Part shown: piece after piece, positions 25,889 to 36,475 of the stretch
How positions within the stretch are numbered: position 1 is the stretch's first letter
How the letters are laid out: each line of letters begins with the position of its first letter
Source: Phoronis australis
Lineage: Eukaryota; Animalia; Phoronida
Length of the DNA stretch: 37,871 nucleotides
Direction of reading: 5' to 3'
NCBI GenBank assembly: GCA_002633005.1
Contig: NMRA01000575.1
Coordinates: 51,870-89,740 of the forward strand
Position numbers and translations under genes: made by a program
The notes under the pieces: generated by a model
Told to the model about the DNA's origin: nothing
The model's database searches: none
What the model saw: only the letters and a program-made list of their open reading frames with translations

Positions 25889-27170
25889 TCAACAAGCGTG
25901 ATTTCACGTAACTTCCTCAAAATGGCGCCAAGTGAGAAACTCGAGCGAACCTCGAGGTTTTCATGGATATGTTCAAGTTATTTGTAGACTAAACTATGTC
26001 CAGAGTCAGGGTTTGTGTTAATTATTACTCCATGAGCACACATGCATGTTTCATTTGATTTTATTTGCTGCATTTTGAAGTGAATAACTTTTTATGGACA
26101 TACACTGACGCCCCTGTATGCCTGCGCCATTCGTGCCTAGTCCGGGTTGAGTTCCAATTTCAATCACTTCACAGCTTCGCGCAACAGAACAAGTTCACAT
26201 TTTCTTCGTCCACTCACAGTTGTTCCAAGATTCATCTACTGTCTCTTAAGTTGTGTTTACGTTTTAAGCATGAAATTCACCATAAAACTCCAGTAAGATT
26301 TAGCGTGTGTAGCAAAGACTCGGGACAAAACAAGAGCAATATGGCGGGTTTTGCCCCCTTCCGGTGACGTCACATTGACTAACGAGAAACTTGCAAGTGA
26401 GCTAGTACCTCTACGTCATAGACATATTTGATCATTGATTAGTTACCACTAGACGATAATTCGAGTACACTGTTCTTGGAAACCTATCCCTAATGGTGAG
26501 ATTTTCATGATACTGACTAAAACATGTATTTNTCAACAAGCGTGATTTCACGTAACTTCCTCAAAATGGCGCCAAGTGAGAAACTCGAGCGAACCTCGAG
26601 GTTTTCATAGATATGTTCAAGTTATTTGTAAACTAAACTATGTCCAGAGTCAGGGTTTGTGTTAATTATTACTCCATGAGCACACATGCATGTTTCATTT
26701 GATTTTATTTGCTGCATTTTGAAGTGAATAACTTTTTATGGACAAACACTGTCGCCCCTGTATGCCTGCGCCATTCATGCCTAGTCCGTGTTGAGTTCCA
26801 ATTTCAGTCATTTCACAGCTTCGCGCAACAGAACAAGTTCACATTTTCTTCGTCCACTCACAGTTATTCCAAGATTCATTTACTGTCTCTTAAGTTGTGT
26901 TTACGTTTTAAGCATGAAATTCACCATAAAACTCCAGTAAGATTTAGCCTGTGTAGCAAAGACTCGGGACAAAACAAGAGCAATATGGCGGGTTTTGCCC
27001 CCTTCCGGTGACGTCACATTGACTAACGAGAAACTTGCAAGTGAGCTAGTACCTCTACGTCATAGACATAGTTGATCATTGATTAGTTACCACTAGACGA
27101 TAATTCGAGTACACTGTTCTTGGAAACCTATCCCTAATGGTGAGATTTTCATGATACTGACTCAAACATG
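25889..27170. repeat. About 640-bp near-identical tandem duplication split by n at 26532
   Basis: 25889-26526 vs 26533-27170; twin 100-aa ORFs in the track. Confidence 0.9.
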
Positions 27171-27280
27171 ACTGTAGTATTTTGTAAGATGAGAGAACAT
27201 TTACAGAATTCAATATTTTGATAACCACTAATGGATATTTCATTCCCACATCAATATGTTTACCATGTATTATAAAGCCA

Positions 27281-27398
27281 CAATACCACGTGATCATGTA
27301 TTACATGGTTACAATACCACATGATCATGCATTACGTGGCTACAATACCAGATGACCATGTATCACATAGCAACAATTCCATATGACCTATTACATAT
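27281..27398. repeat. 31-bp minisatellite x3.8
   Basis: caat(a/t)cca units start at 27281, 27312, 27343 and 27374. Confidence 0.85.
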
Positions 27399-28865
27399 TA
27401 TATTCAAATGTTGTGCTTTTACGTGATCGTCGGTGCTTCTTATGCTCTTGGATATTTGGTAATTACCTAAACCCGTGCATACACATGTACATAACACACA
27501 TATTTGTATACTACTTTTCGTGTGCGAAAGATCGATGTGCCTATGTAAACAAATGCTTCATCTCAAATTTTGATTGTAGCCTGACTCATACACTTGGTGA
27601 GCACAAATATGTTTTTACTGAACTTCTGAACCGAGTTCATGAGACAAAATCGAGAAGGCTTTAAATCGTCTCAAGAAAAACTCCAGAGATATGTTAACTG
27701 CCACAAACTTCGCCAGGATGTATGCAAATTGCGCTATTTGGTTAAAAAAACAAAAAGTTGCCTTACGCTGGAGGGGAATCTCCGACCTTCCTCCGCTCGG
27801 CGCTACGTGCGCAAAGCGCAAATCCTAAACACCCCCTTACTAAAATTGTCGATCCGCCACTGCACAATGAATTATGCAAACACATACACGTACATGTGTG
27901 CGTGTATTTGTATGTATATATTACTAGGGTAGAGGGATTTGAAATGTGTAACCGATACATAAGTAGTGAATAAGACAATATTCCCTAGAGTTTCTAGCAC
28001 TGCTGAATTTGAACAGCTCTGACGTTATCATTCCCAAGACGTAGATTCTCCACGGTCTCATTAAATACATGTTACAAGTTTAATTTTCATGCCTGTTAAA
28101 CATCAATCAATAGTCTAGAAAACTGTTCAACTTTGGCTGAAGTCGCATTATGTTTTATCACAAATAATAAATTTAGCATGAGTACTTCCAACCCTTTTTC
28201 TATTTAATGTTGATGAGTTAACCGGTACGCTCGCTGGAACTATTTTACCCGCATATGCTTGTAGTAATACTCGCGAAACAACCTCCTATGTATCATATGC
28301 ATTTTGCAAGCTATTGCAATTTCTTGCTCTTTTCATTTGGATCTTGGTTAGCGGAACAACATCCGGTCATCCAAGCCTGCGATACGCAGACTCAGAGACG
28401 ACACGAAAACGTAAGATAATAAAGCAGATTCACAAGACATCGGCAGGCATTATAAACAATGTACGTGATCGCATCAGCATTAGTCGTCTTTGCACTTGGA
28501 ACACAGCCCATGTCACCATCAGCGCGCATGCGTCCAAATGTCGACTTTAGACTTGCAAGCCAAACGGGAGTGTCGTAGACCTGGCGTGCGTTCGGTAGAC
28601 TCAAGGAAATCGCAAATACGCGAGGTAACATAAGACATCGCGACATGCTAAGTATTACATGATATGCTGTCAATTCTCTTGCAATAGGAGCCAAAACTTT
28701 TTGATTGTACGTGAATAACACAGTTCATGTTTACATGCAAAAAATTCATTCTTCACAATTTTAAGAAATCCTCCTCTAGTTCACTTATTCCGTCAGTACT
28801 TCATACTTTTCTTCACAAAATCATACAGTCTGCATGATATTATCTATTTAGACTCGATTACTTAC

Positions 28866-28926
28866 TTTGTTCCTCTGAAGGATAAGCACATGTTGATGGC
28901 GATTTAGCAGTCGTGTCTTTTTGAAT
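28866..28926 (-). CDS. 61-nt linker exon B (paralogue of A, phase 0->1), IQKDTTAKSPSTCAYPSEEQ
   Basis: Same acceptor tatatttccag|ATTCAAAAAGACACGACT, same length, donor A|gtaagt, no stop codon. Confidence 0.55.
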
Positions 28927-28971
28927 CTGGAAATATAGAACCCAGCTAACATTCAGTAGTTGTTAAATAGT

Positions 28972-29530
28972 GATTTCACGTTGGCGACAACTCTGCCTTG
29001 CAAGCAAAAACACTATCTGTGTTTCATTGTACCCTTTGCCCGTCATCATTTTCCAGGGCGTTGTCCTCGAATTCGTTACTGTATATATACATGGTGTAGC
29101 ATTACGCAACGTGTGAACTTAAACATATTTTTGCGATATTTCAGTTTACCTGTTACGTCATCTACTACTTATTATACTGACAAATAAAAGAGTAAAGCCC
29201 CCGAGTCTGTTTTGTTTTGCTCCAACAATCACTATATACATGTACGATAATCAGACCCGTAGGCCCTGAGATGGACAATTTTTCCCGTAATATAAGTAAT
29301 GTCATCGTCAGTTTGACGGCTCTCATGCAACCAATTCCAAACTTGGATTCAAAATTGGCCATTTTATGACAGTTTTAAAGAAAATGGTTACGGAACTATG
29401 AATATAATACTAACGCTTCGAGCAAACTGGACTTGACCGATTTGGCTCATTGCCACTCCAACTCTAAACTCTTCCAGGTCATCCTGCTTTAATAAAGGTT
29501 GCTCGATCCTGTTGGCTTGTTGGTGAAGTT
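28972..29530 (-). pseudogene. Decayed duplicate of the ZU5 exon
   Basis: Homologous acceptor (ctctttttcag|AA) and flanking intron. ANRIEQPLLKQDDLEEFRVG vs ANGIIRVEQPLLMQAVREEFEDG. FIVP then TAA at 29388-29390, consistent with a 1-nt loss in PVT. Later remnant QIVFLLARQSCRQRE vs QEIMFLAQINCKRE. The donor and most of the following intron are missing. Confidence 0.7.
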
Positions 29531-31018
29531 CTGAAAAAGAGTTAGTGATATAAGATTGTTTGCAGGCCTTTGAAGGCTCACCGCTACGTACTTCCAGGGC
29601 GTCTTGTAAAGTGTAAAAAGTTAAAACACAAACAGTTATATCACATGGCAGGTGTGAGCAAGGAAAGAGATAGTACACGTATGGCATGTATGTTCTATAT
29701 TTATTGGTAACAAAGCGTTCAGCAAAAGTATGCCACAGTTACCAGAGACTAATACCACGTGTGACCTTTGAAAGACCCATCACCAAGCGAAACACAAGAA
29801 GAGTTTTTGTTAAAAACCACATAATTTTTCAGCGCCAGAAACAGACAAAATTTATGATCGGAAATTTTCAATGGCTGAAAATGTAGTGCAGGTACTTTAA
29901 ATCGACATTTCGGATTTGAGCTTGGAAAAAGTGATGTTCAAACTAGAATCGTCAACAATTCAGTTCCGCCCAAGTCGGGGTATTTAAAGGCTAATAATTT
30001 CATGCAAAACTAGTTTTTGAATACCTAATCAGCACTAAACACTACTTTCTTCTGATGAAATTTACGTGTAAGCCCGACACCTTGATTTTCAGGATCACCA
30101 ATTTATGCACAAACGGATTTATTATCGTTAACTCTAAAAGGCGTGAGAGAGGTTTTTGGCAATTACTGAGAGGATTCTTGAGTTTTAAAACAGTTCAATT
30201 GCCGGGTTGGCGCGAACAGAAATGGCATAGAGAAAAAAAGTAAATAGGCCCGAACGATTGAGGTCAATTTTGCGTTCGTAATTCAGTTTTCCACGTTTAA
30301 TGTTTTATCACTAAATCACTTATGTCAACCCCTGCACACTTAGTAAATTGTACAGGGAATGTAAAAAGCCGCATCCCGTTTTTCCAGAGTAATTTCTCCT
30401 TCTTCATAGTCGAACGAATTTGAGGTTTTCTGCTCAACCTTGTGGCTATTTTATTTTTGCGTGTCGCGTGCACTTGGTTTGCTAAAACTGAGACCTTACT
30501 TTTGTTAATAGGCTTATTTTAAACATAGCAATTGTAAATTACATTCATCATTCTTAGCAAATATTCAAATTGGAATCTATTAAATATTATTTGAAGTTGT
30601 AACAGTAATACTTATAAAAGTGTTTATAAATAACAGTTAGCAAGCGTGAACACTGAATTGAGCTTGAAGCAGAACAGCTAGACAGTCTCGCCGCGCTTTT
30701 GGAGTTGGGGGTTCGTCTCCGTTTGAGTGAACGTGCATATGGAATTCGCGGCCGAAACTGGGTCGGTTTAAGAGGTTGTTTGCTTGTCCTTCCGAGTGTG
30801 TTCCGTTGCGACTCCCGATTTGTCAATCATAACCTTGTCTTTTACTTTTTTTCTGATAATAAAATGCACGGCGTATGGATTTCTACTCTGCACTACTTTG
30901 TGATTCGCCCACGTAATATCAAAACAGTACTCGGTGTTATTAACAAGTCATTTCGTTACTCATTCAAGGTTATGTGAGAGAAGTTGTTATCGAAAGAATT
31001 GAGTTACAATATACTTAC

Positions 31019-31079
31019 GTAGTTTTAACGGAAGACAATCAGGTGTTGAAGGTGATTCAGGAGTCGTGTCTTTTTGAAT
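31019..31079 (-). CDS. 61-nt linker exon A (phase 0->1), IQKDTTPESPSTPDCLPLKL
   Basis: tatatttccag|ATT...CTA C|gtaagt. Phase 0 start fits the ZU5 exon end; phase 1 end fits DED exon 1. Confidence 0.75.
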
Positions 31080-32463
31080 CTGGAAATATAGGACCCAGCT
31101 GCATTCAGGTTTGGATTAAAACTGTTTTTATGCAAGTCGCTTTGCCCAGAACTCTGTTTTGCAAACAGATTACTGTTTGTAGTTCAGTGCATTATTTGTT
31201 AATATTTAAAAATTAATACATTCAATATTTAGTACGTGAAATCTAGAGGTTAAGAGAGACTCAGATTTGTCAAGACTAAAACGGGGACTTTTTATAAGGG
31301 TTTCAGTGACCAAACACGTATGCGTTAAAAGTATTCATCATTTGGTGGCCCTGTGAGGTCGTTATCCATATATCTCGAATTAACTTTGGCTAAAGATACC
31401 AAGATTCAAGGGTGGCCATCTGGGTTAGATTTGGTACGATACCGGAAACCAAAAAAACTGCAATCCAGTACCAGTTTTATGAAGAAACATCTAGTCAATG
31501 TTTAATATCGATTGGCCACAACGTGCGATAACATATGTCCAGATGCTGTCGTAGAGTCTGTTCTTAAATGTTCTATATGGCTTAAGCTGTCACCGCTTTC
31601 TAAGACAACCATTGGATACGGAGAGTTATGCCTGAGTGTTGAGCCGGATGCGTCAAATAAAGGATTCTGAATCGACAGCTCACGTCAAGGTAAAAAGATT
31701 GAATGAATTAGCAGCTAAATCGCAGTTTTGTATCGTATTTTCACGTCTTGACGTCATCTATCTTGCACATGATGCAAACAAATGAGCGTAGATCACATCT
31801 CTCAGTCAGCGTCAACCCTTACACCAGTTGCAGGTCCGTGAGACCATTCTTTTCAACAAACACCTACTGTAGAAGAACTGTCTCATTTAAAACCAGCCAA
31901 GTGTGTTCATACAAGCTTATCAATGACTTAAGGAGAAAAAAACAAATCCCATGAAACGGTTTTAAAGCATTTAACATTTTCTTTCACCATCTTTTTAGGC
32001 AGACGTGCATTCCTGGCAGGATTACATCACATATGTCTAAATTCATGAAGTTTTATCAGTCAACTTGAAAAATAGGACAGACGTTAATAAGTCTACCCGT
32101 CGAAATTATCTGTCATGACTTTAAAAAGAAACTCATACATGTATGCCAAAAGAAGGGAGCGCAAAAACAGACACGAAATACATAAATACGGCCCGTATAA
32201 GGGACACCCATACATGCAGGTCAAACAAGACTGAAATTGGGCTGAAACCCATCAACTGTTAAGTGGAAATATGTTTGTTATCTTTCAAAAAGGTGTTTTG
32301 GTAGAAGTAAAGACATTCTAAATCAGCTGAGTGGTCATTTTGGGACGTCCCAGAAGTCTGACAACAGAATGTTCCCCTTTAGGTGAGTACACTGTTCCAT
32401 AGCAACAAGTAAACAATGCGTTGAAGGTGAGCATGTATTTGATTATTTGTATTTTATACTCAC

Positions 32464-33221
32464 TTGCACTTTCCTTGAACGTAGGAGGACAGCCTTGTTT
32501 TCTTTTGACAGTTGGTACACCTTCATAACAACCACGTCTCCAACCTCCCGGTCATCAACACTCTGCCACTCGTCAATGCGCATGCCTGTCTGTTTACATA
32601 TTTCTCTATCAACTTTCATCGGGTCTGATCTCTTCTCTACTTCTTCACGTTTGCAATTAATTTGAGCCAAAAACATAATTTCCTGCTGGCAGTGCAATTC
32701 ACTTGGGTATTCTGTCTCACATGGATGTTCTGGACAGTTTGCTCCATCTTCATGACAAAGTAAGCTGAGTGATACACCGAATTTCTCTTTTTTCGCAGAC
32801 GGGCAAAATTTAGCTCTAAATGTCCCTTTCAAATAATCCCTTATAAAAGAAAAAACTTTGCTGAAATACTCGGTCCATCCTATCACATGTTCGGAAAAAT
32901 GACGACAGTAGTAAACCAATTCTTGACCGTGAAGCTGAGCATTGCACTGAGTAGTGATGTCTGTTACTTCGCCATTAGATAATCTAAATATAAAGAACGT
33001 AGACGGATCTTTGTCATCACCCAGTTGTGTTAAAATGTCGCTGACGTCCACTTTCATTGTCACAGGAACAGTAAAAGCGGGCACACCTGTTTGCAAACAC
33101 ACTCTCTGGGGATGCAAATAAACGGTTCCATCTTCAAACTCTTCACGCACAGCCTGCATCAATAAAGGTTGCTCGACTCTAATAATCCCGTTGGCTTTAT
33201 CATCTGGTGATAGGAGAACTT
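32464..33221 (-). CDS. Large internal exon (758 nt, phase 1->0) encoding a ZU5 domain with an HFS motif plus a UPA-like region
   Basis: Acceptor ctcttttcag|AA at 33221; donor CAA|gtgagt at 32464. The open frame contains the only long ORF (239 aa). ZU5-like motifs: VCLQTGVPAFTVPVTMKVDV (cf. V.c.P.G..F..PV.l.lph), EVTDIT, and YYCRHFSEHVIG (HFS at 32893-32901). UPA assignment is by position only. Confidence 0.8.
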
Positions 33222-33372
33222 CTGAAAAGAGTTATTCATATGAAGATAACTTGCAGGAATTACAATCGATGGGCATTTCATCAATTGAAAAACATGACCA
33301 ATAAAATTGTAAGTGCTTAATTTTTACCACTTAAAAAATAATGGTTACAGGTTATCATTGCAATGGTCTTAC

Positions 33373-33445
33373 TTGAGCGGACTGCAACCTTATTATTACA
33401 TAACACTGTGTGGACAATGCCAGTTAAAGAGCTCCCTCTATGACC
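33373..33445 (-). CDS. Candidate upstream exon (73 nt, phase 0->1), GHRGSSLTGIVHTVLCNNKVAVRS
   Basis: ctctttttgagacacag|GGT ... TCA A|gtaaga. Open and phase-compatible with the ZU5 exon. Faint similarity to 29730-29770, upstream of the decayed copy. No domain support. Confidence 0.3.
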
Positions 33446-34634
33446 CTGTGTCTCAAAAAGAGGTATATTAATGCCTCAAAAGACGACCGTCTGCGCCGCT
33501 GTTGTTTTTACCAGTGCATATTGAGTTCTGATAGAAGTCCGCGTAGAGTCGCCTTCTTCAACAACAACAGCTTGACTGAGAATGCCTCTGTATTAAAATT
33601 TCGTGAATACGTGAAAGTTGCACAGAAATGCCATAGGTTTGTGCGCAGAGGAAGATCTTAGAATGCCAGGGCGGAACACGCAATTCAGTCAGGAGCAACA
33701 TCTTCTTCTGCACATTCGAAGAAAACGTGTTTCTCAACACAAAAGCGGCGTTTCAATGAAGAACTCTCCACATTGTGAGTGTATTTACATTTTTTTATAA
33801 ATAACGAACCCGCTGCTTTTATTTTAGTGCGAATGATGCCAAACTCTCGAAACCAGCGGCCCAGATTGAGTACTAGTACACGTTGGTTTAGGCACTGCGT
33901 ATAGACCGTGACCATGCTATCATGGCAATGCGATACGAGTGACCCAGGTACCATGACCTTTGTCAGTGATTATTAAGTTCAATTTTGAGAATATTCCATG
34001 ACCACCACTTGGTTTTGTTGATTGCGGCTTACATTTACTTGCACCATTTCTTGTGCAAGTGTGCCTAGTTCACACGGGCTCAAAGCTATGTAGAAAATCA
34101 AATTCAATTTTTGTTTCATTAAATACATATACTTGAGTGCAATTCCCGTTTCCAATCTCCCCTCGCTCAAAATTGCCATCATCTTCTGATGTGCTGTGTT
34201 CTGCCAGTGCAGTTAATTGTCAAGAGGCCAGATATCTTCCACAATATTTGGTGTTATACTTGGATATAACTAAAACAATTCATGCAGGCAACTCTGTAAC
34301 TAACTAATTATTTTGCTACGAAATAGAATTTAAAGAAATTTTCAAATTACGTCACATTTTGTTTTCTAAACTCTTTAACTTAAAAGTTTAAGAAGGAAGT
34401 ACAACAAGCCAACTGCCTTTTAGACTTCTAGAGTACATGTACTCTTGTGTAAAATATCTTTCTTTCGTTTTATTTCACATTTCTACTAATTAAGTAATAG
34501 AAATTTTATGCCCCACGTACATGTAGTACATGTATGTGTATGTGCGTCCAAAGGAAACTCCTCTCAGTTTCTTGACCTATCACAATCGACCTGTGTATTG
34601 ACATCATCTTAGTGACGTGCAGTAGCTTATTGTA

Positions 34635-35216
34635 TGATGGGCCGTTGGGGGAAAGTGTCGCCGGAAAAATACGAGCATAATTATGTACATTACGCCGTTA
34701 TTTACGCCGTTATTTACACCGTTATTTACGCCGTTAAGAATTAATTTACGCTCGTAATTTAGTTTCAACTCTTAACCAATGCCGTTCGGTTTTACAACTC
34801 ACTGTCGCGCGCTAAACTTGTTCACCGACGGGTTACGTGTCTAAGAGCGGTGAATCATGGCGGATCAATGTCAGCGACTGTTCAAGAACGAGCTGCCCAG
34901 CAACACTCCAGTGATACAGCGTCTTCCAGTGCAGCACCTGCCACTTTCAGGCACTCGTCAGTTGTACGATTCTATATGTGTAATATATCTAAAATCCAAC
35001 TAGTCGACATGGCATTCAGCCCTTGGCTTAGTTAGGGCTACTGCNCATAACCAAGTTGTTTTTTCGTGTATGTTAGGTTACCATTGATTGGTTTAAATTT
35101 GGAACGTTCTTGAGGTATTTTACGAGCGTAATTTACGGCGACATTTCCTTATTTAATTTACGCTCGTAATTACGAGCGTAATTTTACGGTGACACTTTCC
35201 CCTCAACGGCCCGCCA
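34635..35216. mobile_element. MITE-like element with about 50-bp imperfect TIRs, TA-flanked; internal gap n at 35045
   Basis: TGATGGGCCGTTGGGGGAAAGTGTCGCCGGAAAAATACG vs reverse complement of right end TGGCGGGCCGTTGAGGGGAAAGTGTCACCGTAAAATTACG. Subterminal TTACGCCG/TTACGCTCG repeats, including a 12-bp unit x4 at 34690-34736. Confidence 0.8.
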
Positions 35217-36214
35217 TACATGTATTATTGCAGCACTAATCACAGCCTGAACTGTTGATCGCCAGTTTGGACATTAAACAAAACAAGTGGTCAGGAACTT
35301 CACTAATTATGAGTAATGTTGACTTTAAGCATCAATTTCGCTTGGAACAATCGCGTCAGATAAAGAACCCTTCAAACCCAAAACACAGAGCAGCAGCGTA
35401 GATCCTAGACGGTGCTATCGATTCACTCAGGCGAAGCAAGTTTCAATGTGTTTACACCCATTTAAATACCCATACTACAGCTATGTTTCGTACTGAAGCT
35501 GAAAACTATTAACTTACAAAACGCTGTGGTGGCAAAACTTATTTTATTTTTATGTACAGTGTCTTGGTTATCAAGTAACAAAATCCCCGACAATAAATCA
35601 CTGCAGCACGGGTCTGTTCCAATGTTTGCGAGCTAGATTCCAGGAGATGACTGTGGCATAGCAACGTCGTCAAATAGCGATCTGTGCGAAGGTTTTATCG
35701 CAATTAAGCAAACTCGAAAATGACAATCATTGGCCATTACTGAACAAGAAATTCTCAAACCCTCAGTTCTGAGGCAGCGCTAGCAACATATGTACGTGTG
35801 TCATTTGTAACTCATATGTTGCTGCCAATGTATCTGGTACTCTAGCGGTTCAAGTGTGGAAATTTAGATGTGCACTCAACACATAAGTTGCACATCAAAA
35901 GCGAAACGCGACAGTGTATGTTAGATGTCCCGATTATCCAGTAACAAAATGCTCGACAATTTTGATGTGGCAAAAGACTGCACGCGTCGCCTAACAAAAG
36001 TGATGTCAACTTTGTAGATAAGTACCGGGAAATTCCGTAGATAAGCCGACCCGATGAAGCCTCATGGGCATATATTCGGAAAATTATGGTCAATAATCAT
36101 CCATAAGCGTGTATTTGGTGTTACAACTTCTGGTTTCAAATATCCAAATAGTGGGGCGTTTGAGAAGAAATATCTTTTTAAAGCCCCTTCAGTCTCAAGG
36201 TTTTGTAACAGATT

Positions 36215-36475
36215 CAGTTTGGTGGAGTTTTTATGATTTATAAAAACGAAAAACTGTTTGCGAATTATGCATTTATTAACATCAAATATAAAAACACAGT
36301 TTTCAGTATAAAATGTCAACAAAACTATTACTATTCGTTTTAAANCAGTTTGGTGGAGTTTTTATGATTTTTAAAAACGAAAAACTGTTTGCGAATTATG
36401 CATTTATTAACATCAAATATACAAACGCAGTTTTCACTATAAAATGTCAACAAAACTATTACTATTCGTTTTAAA
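36215..36475. repeat. 130-bp duplication split by n at 36345
   Basis: cagtttggtggagtttttatgattt at 36215 and 36346. Confidence 0.9.

Noticed and set aside
26065-27011. Twin 100-aa ORFs, and nearby YY1-like (AAAATGGCG) and CRE (TGACGTCA) motifs
   Set aside because: The ORFs have no ATG start and no domain similarity, and are duplicated only through the n-join. The motifs lie in TE-like intronic sequence with no promoter evidence.
27281-27398. CRISPR-like appearance of 31-bp repeats
   Set aside because: Units are contiguous without spacers, the context is eukaryotic, and there are no cas genes.
27851-27862. hAT-like terminus GATCCGCCACTG (similar end near 3578-3589)
   Set aside because: Solo ends, with no matching opposite TIR or 8-bp target duplication found.
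33979-34205. Candidate further upstream exons of the ZU5 gene
   Set aside because: Several AG/GT combinations are possible, and no unique phase-consistent chain to a start codon could be supported.
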